A stretch of DNA of 64,000 nt from a virus: the IMG/VR virus record IMGVR_UViG_3300027505_000001, positions 5,381 through 69,380 of that record; one strand, given 5' to 3'. The position numbers and the translations under genes are program-made. Position 1 is the first letter of the stretch, and each line of letters starts with the position of its first letter. Of this stretch, positions 1 to 8,259 are shown in pieces. The notes under the pieces were generated by a model. That model searched no databases. It worked only from the letters and a program-made list of their open reading frames with translations, and was not told where the DNA came from.

Positions 1-1020
1 ATTCCAATCGCGATCTTCTCCTACTTCTGCCGTATTACGATTTACGTCGCTTTCCAGCCCAAGGTTCTGCGGGCTGATATCGAACGCCGCGGCGATAGTG
101 CGAAGCAAGAAAGATTGGTATTCAAGAAACATACCGGCATCACCTTCGGGATAAAGGCGATGAACTTCCAGGCCACCTAACTTCTTTTCGTCCGTTCTAC
201 CGCTGGGCTCGACGGCGACAATGCCAACTTTGCCTTGACCTTCGATTTCATTGAGCCAATAACTGCGGAAAGCTTCGAGAGACTCCAGCCCCATGGGTGG
301 CAAGTTGAGTAGGATCGAGCTTCGTTGATTAGACGCGACGTTACCGGCAAACTCTGCAACGCCAAGCAAGTTATTGATTGTGTTAAATGCAATCTCAAGC
401 TGACCAAATCCGAAAGGAGTTGCCGAGCTTCCGTTAGGTCTAATGTACATGAGTTCGTCGTTACGAAGCTCACATATCGTTCCGCCGCCGAACGCAGTTC
501 CGTATCCAATGACTTGAGCGTATCTTGGTTCATTTATTTTGCGGCCCGTCCAGCCTGGAAATATCTGTATTGAAAGCCCGTCAACCGGGTACATCCACAG
601 TGGCCGCACTGGGTCGCTTGATAGCTGTAATTCTGTAGCCGCAGCACCGTGAATAAAATCTTCAACAAGCTGCTCAATGAAAGTGGAAAAGGAGTCGTCG
701 TTGTTGGGATGCCGGAAGCAATCGGTGACGACTTGGATTTGTCTGTCTAGCTCTGAATTTGCTTCGATGCCATCAAGCGGCGTAATCTCCCAATCAAGAA
801 GCGCGATAGGATTTTTGATGGTGTTGATTGCGCGGCGTGCGAACGGCGTGTGACCGAAGTAGCGAAGATTTCGCGGCGTAGGCTTGTAAAGAAATCGTGT
901 GTTGGACGGACGATTTCCGAGTTGAACAATCTGCGGGTAGACACGCGTTTCGCGCGTGGGAATTTTAGCCTTGACACCGCGTTTAAACGGCTTTATGATT
1001 GTTTCGAGTAGGCCAGCCAT
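1..1020 (-). CDS. Phage portal protein, 5' part (runs off the window edge)
   Basis: Not in the ORF track. My translation from ATG at 1020 is open to base 1: MAGLLETIIKPF...LRYFGHTPFARRAINTIKNPIALLDWEI...PLWMYPVDG...FLEYQSFLLRTIAAAFDISPQNLGLESDVNRNTAEV. Portal-like motifs, directly downstream of terL. Confidence 0.85.
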   Translation of the reverse strand, partial: MAGLLETIIKPFKRGVKAKIPTRETRVYPQIVQLGNRPSNTRFLYKPTPRNLRYFGHTPFARRAINTIKNPIALLDWEITPLDGIEANSELDRQIQVVTDCFRHPNNDDSFSTFIEQLVEDFIHGAAATELQLSSDPVRPLWMYPVDGLSIQIFPGWTGRKINEPRYAQVIGYGTAFGGGTICELRNDELMYIRPNGSSATPFGFGQLEIAFNTINNLLGVAEFAGNVASNQRSSILLNLPPMGLESLEAFRSYWLNEIEGQGKVGIVAVEPSGRTDEKKLGGLEVHRLYPEGDAGMFLEYQSFLLRTIAAAFDISPQNLGLESDVNRNTAEVGEDRDWN

Positions 1021-1047
1021 GTGATCCTACTGAATGAGGAATGTGAT

Positions 1048-1194
1048 ATGATATGGGAAACGTACAAACCGATCCTTGAATCGTTTGCTTGGTTTATCTG
1101 TACAGTTGTAGCTCCGGGAATGCTATTTATTATGCTAGGAGCTTGCATTTTGGCGCTTATTGGAGCGGCAATGTGCGAACTGCATAGGCACTAA
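1048..1194 (+). CDS. Small hydrophobic 48-aa protein, antisense between terL and portal
   Basis: GAGGA RBS, then MIWETYKPILESFAWFICTVVAPGMLFIMLGACILALIGAAMCELHRH*; one long hydrophobic stretch. Confidence 0.5.
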   Translation: MIWETYKPILESFAWFICTVVAPGMLFIMLGACILALIGAAMCELHRH

Positions 1195-2549
1195 ACAAAA
1201 CGGAACTTAGCGGGCTCACCCTCTATCATGAGAGCATAAATCGCCCAGACCAGTGCATCAACACGGTCTGGTGAATAGCCCATAGCCTTTCTGTCGAAAT
1301 CGACAGTCATTGAACACATTTGATCTTCAAGTTTTAGAAAATTACCAACGTGATGTATCCTACCCTGCTCATATAAGGAACTCACTGGTTCTGCACGAAC
1401 AAACTTTCCACGAGATGCCCACACCATAGAACATGAAACGTTACTTCGAACTTGGCGAAGTGTGTTTTCGCACATTTCGCCACCATTGTTCTTCTCAATA
1501 ACTATGCGGTCGGCGTGTCGAGCGTCATACAGGCTAATGGCTTCTCTCGCCCACTGTTCTGGGCTGTAGACTCCGCTGATGTCGTCGAGGACATAGGCGT
1601 GTCCTCTCTCGTCCACTCCGCAGGCGACAATTCCAGACTCATTTGCGTCATCGCCGCTGGAAGCGGCTGGATCAATACCGACCACGATTCGCCGCAACAC
1701 GGGCAAGTCAGCTTCACAAATGCGGGCTTTATCAATGTCCGACCTTCTCCATAAGGCTCCCTCAAGGTCCTCTAGGATTTCAGCGTCAATCTCTTGCCGC
1801 CCAAGCCTTGTGCCTTCGTATTTACGTTTAATATCGGCTAGGAATTGTCCGGCAAGATTTGAACGATTTTCGTACGTGCTACCGCGAGTAATGACAGTTC
1901 CAGGGTCGCCTATAATCTGTTTTAACAGCATAGTCGGCTGCGGTGTAGTAGTTATGCACTTCTGCGGATTGGCGCCTGTTCGCATGCCGAAGCAAAGCTG
2001 GTCGTACGCGTCTTTCTGATATTGCCACTTGGCTAGCTCGTCTAGCCACGCGGCGTCGTGCTGCGGACCCCTAAGCTGGTCAGGCTCTGAGCCATTATAA
2101 ATCGTCGCCATAGCGCCGTTTTTCCACGTAAGGCGCCGTACGCTAGGCTGGTATTCTGGCAGGTAGTCTTTAGGATGAATCTGTAGCAGCCCACTGCCGG
2201 CTGTTGGGTCGCTAGTGGCTTTGCCGTCGCCGACCATGACGCCACGGACGTCTGCGGCTGTCTCGCCTATGATTGCTACGTGGCGCCAGCGGCCGCCTGT
2301 AAGCGGCGTATCACCACACATGCCGGCGCGGACCCACTCGGCACCGCAACGCGTCTTGCCAAAGCCGCGGCCGGCTAAAACTAGCCAATTAATCCAATTA
2401 CCGAGCGGCGGTAGCTGCTTTGGTCTGGCCCAAAACTTCCAGTCAAACGCTAGCTTCTCGATATCAGACTTAGAAAAGCTATTGATTATCTTAGCTTGTG
2501 CGTCTAACGGTAATTCAGCAAATAGATCGGCGTCACTTCTCTCGCTCAT
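1191..2549 (-). CDS. terL: Terminase large subunit
   Basis: Walker A GRGFGKT, Walker B AWLDE, TTTP coupling motif, nuclease motifs VVGIDPA and DRVDALVWA. Confidence 0.96.
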   Translation of the reverse strand: MSERSDADLFAELPLDAQAKIINSFSKSDIEKLAFDWKFWARPKQLPPLGNWINWLVLAGRGFGKTRCGAEWVRAGMCGDTPLTGGRWRHVAIIGETAADVRGVMVGDGKATSDPTAGSGLLQIHPKDYLPEYQPSVRRLTWKNGAMATIYNGSEPDQLRGPQHDAAWLDELAKWQYQKDAYDQLCFGMRTGANPQKCITTTPQPTMLLKQIIGDPGTVITRGSTYENRSNLAGQFLADIKRKYEGTRLGRQEIDAEILEDLEGALWRRSDIDKARICEADLPVLRRIVVGIDPAASSGDDANESGIVACGVDERGHAYVLDDISGVYSPEQWAREAISLYDARHADRIVIEKNNGGEMCENTLRQVRSNVSCSMVWASRGKFVRAEPVSSLYEQGRIHHVGNFLKLEDQMCSMTVDFDRKAMGYSPDRVDALVWAIYALMIEGEPAKFRFV

Positions 2550-3652
2550 TATGGAAGCGTAGAAATCAGTTTAGACGCAGCGCTTGAGAGACGATACGGC
2601 CAAACTACGTACGACAGTACGTAGCCGTCGAACTCGCTGGCAAGAGTTGGCATAAAGCCTGTTTCGTCATAAGCAGTTGTATCAGACACAACAGTACCGC
2701 CATTCGCCACCAATGAACGGCCGCTAGCATCAAAAGCTATTGCAATTTTAGCGGGTCCAGTTGATAGATTACCAGTTCCTAACGTCGCAACAAGCGGCGT
2801 GCCGCCTGTAGCAGTAACAGTTGTGGTACCGGCATTCACCTGTGGATTTTGAAAGATACCAAATGTAGAGTTGACTTTATTAGCCTTTACTAACAAGGTA
2901 CCTGTCGTTGTGTATACGGCGGGTAGATGTATCGTATTGAAGAACGACCTCGTATATCCGTCTGGCATTGGCGAAGTCGGACCGGTGCCAGTTAGTCCGG
3001 GCTCAACCTGATTACCCCACACAACGACGGAGTCGCCACTATTGACTATACGTATGCCATATTTCGGATTAGCAAGAGTCTGTTGCGGTATCGACACCTG
3101 TGACCAAGCTGCGCCGACTGTGACGGCGTGCCAAGTCGAACCGTTGTCCACCGTCAACTGAATGGCGCCGGTCACCGTACCGGACTTAATCAATACGGAC
3201 GCCTGTTCGTTGGTGGACGTTTTTGTAATGCTTTGAAGCACCGTAGCATTCGCAGCAGTAGCCGTAAGCGTCGTCGCCGAGTTAGCCAACAAATCAGGAC
3301 CGACCGCGTTAAGTACGGCCGTCATATTAGTCTTCGTCCAATTTGATTGCGTCAAATCATTAGTGTTTGTGAGAAGATTGCTAGAAGGCTCCCACGCCTG
3401 AAGACCTAAATCAGAGACAGGTATATCGGCGCCAGGAACTAGAGATACGTGTCCATCAGCCCAAAAGACGTATTGATTGCCAGTCGTCGTTTGAACTCTT
3501 CCGCCGGTCGGATTGCCCTGTTGCCAGGACAAGTTCTTAGTAAAATCTCCAGCCGAAACGACACCTGGTACCCCACCGGCGAGAGCCGTTACCCACGCCG
3601 GGACTCCGCAATTGAGTATTGTCTTAATAAGTGGCCTGGAAACAGCCATCAA
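2549..3652 (-). CDS. Putative virion fibre/decoration protein (carbohydrate-binding-like beta domains)
   Basis: 367 aa, Thr/Gly/Ala-rich; NLLTNTNDLTQSNWTK...VWGNQVE pattern seen in phage head/tail fibre domains. Confidence 0.5.
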   Translation of the reverse strand: MMAVSRPLIKTILNCGVPAWVTALAGGVPGVVSAGDFTKNLSWQQGNPTGGRVQTTTGNQYVFWADGHVSLVPGADIPVSDLGLQAWEPSSNLLTNTNDLTQSNWTKTNMTAVLNAVGPDLLANSATTLTATAANATVLQSITKTSTNEQASVLIKSGTVTGAIQLTVDNGSTWHAVTVGAAWSQVSIPQQTLANPKYGIRIVNSGDSVVVWGNQVEPGLTGTGPTSPMPDGYTRSFFNTIHLPAVYTTTGTLLVKANKVNSTFGIFQNPQVNAGTTTVTATGGTPLVATLGTGNLSTGPAKIAIAFDASGRSLVANGGTVVSDTTAYDETGFMPTLASEFDGYVLSYVVWPYRLSSAASKLISTLP

Positions 3653-4254
3653 TCACCAACAGATGCAGCGTGCAGGTGATAAATCATTGACGCAAGTGGC
3701 GTGAAAGCCCCAGTAGACACACACACAACAAACAAAGATTGCGTGGAAGCCGCGGCGATAATTGGCTGTTGGGAGAGCAAAGGCGCTCCCCATGAGGACG
3801 TCATGTCCGAGCCGGTGCCGCCGATATTCCAATTAGAAAACAGTACCTGCCCCAAAAACGCGCTCGTATCGGCTAGCAATGTAGTCCAAGTACCTTGGTC
3901 TACCAGCGGACCTGTAGTGGCGGCGGTCGGCGCTGCTTGAAACAGATAGGCCATAACCGAGCCCATTGTCAAACTTGTAATACCACCAGCAAGCGATACA
4001 GATAACCTAAGACCACTCAGAAGCGCAGAAGAGTTAGCTTGCCGAAAGAATGGGGAACTACTAGGATAGTTAACTAAGTCACCAAAGCTGAAAATAGCCG
4101 AAGCACTGGAACCAAGAGCCTGATTGGCGGCATATGCAGTAGTATTCGCCGGACGCGTCAGCGTTTGGTCAGCGTTTTGCCAAGCATTAGCAACGCCGCC
4201 GACGTTTCCTATGAACGATTGACCGATAGCGGGGAAAATTGAAGACGCGACCAT
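3649..4254 (-). CDS. Hypothetical phage protein (probably structural)
   Basis: 201 aa, coupled by 4-nt overlaps; TLTRPANTTAYAANQALG segment. Confidence 0.55.
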   Translation of the reverse strand: MVASSIFPAIGQSFIGNVGGVANAWQNADQTLTRPANTTAYAANQALGSSASAIFSFGDLVNYPSSSPFFRQANSSALLSGLRLSVSLAGGITSLTMGSVMAYLFQAAPTAATTGPLVDQGTWTTLLADTSAFLGQVLFSNWNIGGTGSDMTSSWGAPLLSQQPIIAAASTQSLFVVCVSTGAFTPLASMIYHLHAASVGD

Positions 4255-4257
4255 TAA

Positions 4258-4911
4258 TTATTTTCTTTCGTAAGCCGTGACAATACGTGTCACCAATTCA
4301 TGTCGCACAATATCAGTGCTGTTAAAATGTACCACGCCAACACCGACCACACCGTCGAGAAGCGAAATAGCTTGTCCAAGCCCGGAAACAGTACCGCTAG
4401 GCAAATCAACTTGACTAGGGTCGCCGTTGACATACATGTGACTCCCGTCGCCGATACGCGTCAGAAACATTTTCATTTGTGTAGATGTAGTGTTCTGAGC
4501 TTCGTCTAGAATCACCGCGGCATTGGATAGCGTACGGCCGCGCATGAATGCAAGTGGTGCGATTTCAATTTCGCCGGAAAGCATATGCTTTTCGACAGCC
4601 TTCGCATCCATAAATTCGTATAGCGCGTCGTAAATTGGCCGAAGGTAAGGGTCAACTTTTTCTTGCAAGTCGCCAGGCAGGAAGCCAAGATTTTCACCAG
4701 CTTCCACCGCAGGCCGCGAGAAGATAATCCTGCTTACGTCGCGCCGTTCGAGAAGACACACAGCCTGCGCTACCGCAAGCCATGTCTTCCCGGTGCCCGC
4801 AGGGCCTACACCGAATACAAGCTGGTGTCGGCGCATTGCCCGCATGTAAGACGCCTGAGCGTCATTTCTGGCCGTTAGGGAGCCTTTTCGGAGCCGTATA
4901 AGCTCCACCAT
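4258..4911 (-). CDS. phoH: PhoH-family ATPase
   Basis: GPAGTGKT, SRPAVEAGENLGFLPGDLQEKVDPYL, FMRGRTL, DEAQN, GDPSQVD. Start moved to the TAATG overlap at 4911. Confidence 0.96.
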   Translation of the reverse strand: MVELIRLRKGSLTARNDAQASYMRAMRRHQLVFGVGPAGTGKTWLAVAQAVCLLERRDVSRIIFSRPAVEAGENLGFLPGDLQEKVDPYLRPIYDALYEFMDAKAVEKHMLSGEIEIAPLAFMRGRTLSNAAVILDEAQNTTSTQMKMFLTRIGDGSHMYVNGDPSQVDLPSGTVSGLGQAISLLDGVVGVGVVHFNSTDIVRHELVTRIVTAYERK

Positions 4912-5285
4912 TAATCGTCGAAGTCTTCGACGTCTTCTCCGACGAAAAGCCATTCGCCTTCGTCATCGCCGTGAGCTACGCCTTCTACCCAAAGAGAATC
5001 AGGTGAATTAACAAAAACGTGCCCGTCAACCCAACCAAGTTCGTTACACGCGGTAACGAGCATTAGGTACTCGTCGCCGGCTTCAACTTCCACACCAGGG
5101 TCAAGCTCATGGATAGTTTCCACGTCCACTTCGTCAAGCGTGTAGGAGACAAAATCGCCGTATTCCGGCATATCTTCGTCATCGTCTTCGGGTTCCATGT
5201 CCTTATCATTGGGCTCGAAATATTCCGGATGCCACACCGGCAAATGCCAAGGCATCACCGGGACTTCAAACTGTACCGTCAACAT
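4911..5285 (-). CDS. Acidic hypothetical protein
   Basis: 124 aa, very Asp/Glu-rich, tightly coupled to terS and phoH. Confidence 0.65.
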   Translation of the reverse strand: MLTVQFEVPVMPWHLPVWHPEYFEPNDKDMEPEDDDEDMPEYGDFVSYTLDEVDVETIHELDPGVEVEAGDEYLMLVTACNELGWVDGHVFVNSPDSLWVEGVAHGDDEGEWLFVGEDVEDFDD

Positions 5286-5286
5286 G

Positions 5287-5844
5287 TTACACCTCTTGCT
5301 GTTGCTTTGCCTTGATTTCCGCGAGTCTTTCCATCATAGTAACGCGCGGATCGACTTCCGATACCTCAATCGGCGCACCTTTCGGCCCGCTGATTTCAGT
5401 CTTATTGGTGTGCATCCCAAGGAGCTTGGATAGGAGCGTGAGCGCTCCAAGCTTATCAATTATTTTTATGTTACGATTACCAAACTTGTCGAATTCAAAT
5501 CCCACAACAACACCGCTCAACTCTCGCGGCAACTCTTTAATATTCTTCAGCGTTCTTCCGTCGTCTTCGAAGAAATCTGCAAGATTTGCAGTAACCTTTT
5601 GGATAAGTTCATCTACTATCCAATTACGTGTAGTAGACCTCTCGTGTAGGATTTGTTCCATAGCAGCCGCCACATGCGGGCGGCGCATGATCTTATCGGC
5701 GTATGACGGGGAGTGACCGGCCGCTCTAGCGGCAGCAGATTTGTTTAGACTGACAAAGTATTCTTCAATAAAGGTATATTCTTGCGGATTAAGTTCGTTC
5801 TTTACATACCAATCAGGCAAAGGCGAAGGTAATGCGTAATTCAC
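5287..5844 (-). CDS. terS: Terminase small subunit
   Basis: FIEEYFVSLNKSAAARAAGHS HTH start; DKLGALTLLSKLLGMHTNKTEISGPKGAPIEV end, typical of Terminase_2-type proteins. Confidence 0.88.
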   Translation of the reverse strand: MNYALPSPLPDWYVKNELNPQEYTFIEEYFVSLNKSAAARAAGHSPSYADKIMRRPHVAAAMEQILHERSTTRNWIVDELIQKVTANLADFFEDDGRTLKNIKELPRELSGVVVGFEFDKFGNRNIKIIDKLGALTLLSKLLGMHTNKTEISGPKGAPIEVSEVDPRVTMMERLAEIKAKQQQEV

Positions 5845-6203
5845 ATGTAGTACCAGGAATTAACGGTAGCCGTTGCGGCTACCTGAATGAATTTAATGTT
5901 TACCGCGTCGTTAATAGAAATCGTCAATGATTGCCCGATAGGCAATGACATGCCGACGCCAGCGGTCGGCGCGGTGCCGTCCAATCGATAACGAAGATTC
6001 GAAGTAGAGCCGGAATCATTCTGGAACAGGCATGTAGTAGCTCCGGCCGCTAATGCAGCGGCAGCGCCGGGGAGCGTGGCAGATGCCGCACAGGTTACAC
6101 TAAGGTCGTGCGCTTTGAACGCACCAGGGCCTTCTGTCTTTACGCCGTCAGTAACTGATACCGGGTCGGCTGTAGTGCCGTCGGAATTGTAATGTAGAGT
6201 CAA
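5841..6203 (-). CDS. Hypothetical protein (possible virion protein)
   Basis: 120 aa, LRYRLDGTAPTAGVGMSL segment, overlap-coupled to terS. Confidence 0.55.
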   Translation of the reverse strand: MTLHYNSDGTTADPVSVTDGVKTEGPGAFKAHDLSVTCAASATLPGAAAALAAGATTCLFQNDSGSTSNLRYRLDGTAPTAGVGMSLPIGQSLTISINDAVNIKFIQVAATATVNSWYYM

Positions 6204-6577
6204 ACGTGATTCCTATCGCGCGTTGTCAAAAGATTAAGGAAACGTTTAGGTTTCATTGAATAAACATTATCAGATGTAGTTATACAGTCACCATCAACGA
6301 ACACAACGTTCAACGTATCGCCGCCGTCAGGCAGAAATCCTACATAAATCTGTTTAGCAACGACAGTCTCGGCTAAATCGCTATTTCCATTCTCTTCCGA
6401 GACTTTATCGAAGTTATAATTGAATATGAAGTTATCAAAATCTTCGCCGTTTAGTTGAACAATTTTAAAGCCACTTTCTTTAGACTTTTCACGCAAATCA
6501 GGCCAAGAAGGACACTTCGCCGCGAAGCTCGGCACAGTGGCTGCAAGCATAAAAATGGCGGTAAGAAGTGTTTTCAT
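6200..6577 (-). CDS. Putative secreted protein
   Basis: N-terminus MKTLLTAIFMLAATVPSFAA resembles a Sec signal peptide; GGAG RBS upstream. Confidence 0.65.
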   Translation of the reverse strand: MKTLLTAIFMLAATVPSFAAKCPSWPDLREKSKESGFKIVQLNGEDFDNFIFNYNFDKVSEENGNSDLAETVVAKQIYVGFLPDGGDTLNVVFVDGDCITTSDNVYSMKPKRFLNLLTTRDRNHV

Positions 6578-6592
6578 GGTGTGACTCCGGTG

Positions 6593-6778
6593 TTACTCGT
6601 CTTCGTCTAGCTCATCTAATCTAGGACACCGCTTTACGCGTCTCCCACGAACTGGGATGATACCGCGTTTTTGTTCTTCAGGTGTTAGCAAGTCGTCGTC
6701 AAATATGCTATCTACGCATTCAACGTACAAATCAGAATATTTATCCACTTTTTCACCGAAAGACAATACTTCCACCAA
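6593..6778 (-). CDS. Hypothetical protein
   Basis: 61-aa ORF in operon orientation. Confidence 0.5.
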   Translation of the reverse strand: MVEVLSFGEKVDKYSDLYVECVDSIFDDDLLTPEEQKRGIIPVRGRRVKRCPRLDELDEDE

Positions 6779-6831
6779 TTATTGCGTATTGTTGCATTTT
6801 TCGCATCAAAAGTCAACATATGTCATCAGTC

Positions 6832-6845
6832 ATGCCACGTGGCAT
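6832..6845. promoter_or_regulatory. Operator-like palindrome ATGCCACGTGGCAT
   Basis: Perfect 14-bp palindrome; member of the motif family repeated across the window. Confidence 0.7.
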
Positions 6846-6858
6846 AATGACGCACGCG

Positions 6859-7527
6859 CTACGACTCATCCAACCGGAACGCCTTCATGCACACCGGCGC
6901 CGCCATATACGCAAATTCCGCCAACGCCTTGGCGTATTGCTGTATTTCCCACTGCGCATGCTCATCATCGCGCAGTGTAATGAAGCGCAGCAAGTTCCAT
7001 AGATTTACCGTAGCAAACATGCGTGTGTACGTAGATAGTGGCAAGACGCAGCGAGCAAGCTCACGCGGCCAGCCATTTGCTATTAACGTTCTATATGCAC
7101 CAAATGAAAGTTCGCAACTTTCACTGTAATATACACTCGTTTCTACGCTATTAAGCGAAGTGTCAAATGTACGCCCCTGCTTATTATTTTTCGACTGCAC
7201 ACCAATCTTATCTATATCAGGAACATAGAACTCTTCTGCCAACTCCGTGTAGCGCGCAGACACCTGATTGTAGCTCCACGTCCTATGCCGCTGCCATTGC
7301 GCCACCACAAACAACGGAGCCTTGACTTCAAACGTAAACGTCACAGACTCGAATGGTGTACTGTGCTCGTTCTTCATTAGGTACTTAATTAGTTTCTCAT
7401 CGCTACCATCACCGCGCGGCTCCGCATCATACGACACGCGCGCGGATCGCACGACAGAAAGGTCGCTCCCCATGTTATCAACAAGGCGCACATAGCCGTG
7501 GTCAAGTACGTCGATCTTATCGATCAT
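6859..7527 (-). CDS. thyX: FAD-dependent thymidylate synthase
   Basis: EHSTPFE, ThyX motif RHRTWSYNQVSARY, RELARCVLP, HAQWEIQQYA. Confidence 0.97.
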   Translation of the reverse strand: MIDKIDVLDHGYVRLVDNMGSDLSVVRSARVSYDAEPRGDGSDEKLIKYLMKNEHSTPFESVTFTFEVKAPLFVVAQWQRHRTWSYNQVSARYTELAEEFYVPDIDKIGVQSKNNKQGRTFDTSLNSVETSVYYSESCELSFGAYRTLIANGWPRELARCVLPLSTYTRMFATVNLWNLLRFITLRDDEHAQWEIQQYAKALAEFAYMAAPVCMKAFRLDES

Positions 7528-7759
7528 AATCGTAATCCTCTTCGTCTGGTATAAGCTCCCTCACCTCTTCTCGAATATTTTTAAGAACATCTTCAATTCT
7601 TGTCATTCTCTCTATTAGACCTTTATTACTTTCTTCAAGACTAAGAATATCCAAGTATATGCGCTTTAGTTCGCTGGCGGCAAACTCAGGCTTTTCCCTT
7701 ACCATTCGTTCATAGTCGAACGCCAATAAGTTCTGTTTTTTCTCTCTGTAGGTAAGCAT
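7517..7759 (-). CDS. Hypothetical coiled-coil protein
   Basis: 80-aa ORF coupled to thyX. Confidence 0.55.
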   Translation of the reverse strand: MLTYREKKQNLLAFDYERMVREKPEFAASELKRIYLDILSLEESNKGLIERMTRIEDVLKNIREEVRELIPDEEDYDYDR

Positions 7760-7762
7760 TAC

Positions 7763-8254
7763 CTATTCCTCCGCAGCCGGCACATTCGCCAGGTCGTCGC
7801 GCCCAAGGTACGCTGCGCCAAGCTCGCGAAACAGATAGTCTATAATCGAAGACGCCATCTTAATGCGCTCACTTTCATGCACAACGCCTGCAGGCTCAAA
7901 CTTAGTTCCTACAAACGCCTCGACAAATTCCTCCAGCGGCACCCCATACTGCAAGCCTATCGATACGGACTTGGCGAAACAATTCCCGAATGCGCGAAGC
8001 GCGGCGCCGTCGCGGTGCATGTCGATAAAGATTTCGCCGAGCCTACCATCGGCGTATTCGCCAGTGTGAAGATAGATAGTGTGGCCACCTACCTTTGCCT
8101 TCTGATTCCAGCCTTTGCGTCTAGGCGGTAGACGTTCGCGGTTAGATATATGAACATCACAAAGATATTCAGTAAACCGCGACTTATCTGTGCTGATAGG
8201 CTCCATTTCGCCATACGACTCCGGATATGTAGGAATACCGACACATATAGCCAT
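7763..8254 (-). CDS. Class II RNR TSCPD-domain subunit (NrdJb-like, lacking the Cys tail)
   Basis: [41 protein letters not shown]...[17 protein letters not shown]...[12 protein letters not shown] matches the post-catalytic domain of alphaproteobacterial NrdJ. Confidence 0.88.
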   Translation of the reverse strand: MAICVGIPTYPESYGEMEPISTDKSRFTEYLCDVHISNRERLPPRRKGWNQKAKVGGHTIYLHTGEYADGRLGEIFIDMHRDGAALRAFGNCFAKSVSIGLQYGVPLEEFVEAFVGTKFEPAGVVHESERIKMASSIIDYLFRELGAAYLGRDDLANVPAAEE

Positions 8255-8259
8255 TTCAT

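Noticed and set aside
177-977. Track ORFs 177-533, 325-573 and 747-977
   Set aside because: They are alternative-frame or antisense shadows of the portal gene (1-1020, minus).
4912-4953. Poly-Arg N-terminus MAFRRRRRRRLRRL on PhoH
   Set aside because: It is an out-of-frame reading of the upstream acidic gene; the true start is the TAATG overlap at 4911.
8089-8259. 56-aa [12 protein letters not shown]... in frame after the nrdJ TAG (possible readthrough)
   Set aside because: It has no RNR similarity and overlaps the TSCPD gene, whose ATG 8254 has better RBS spacing; readthrough would not fuse the RNR domains.
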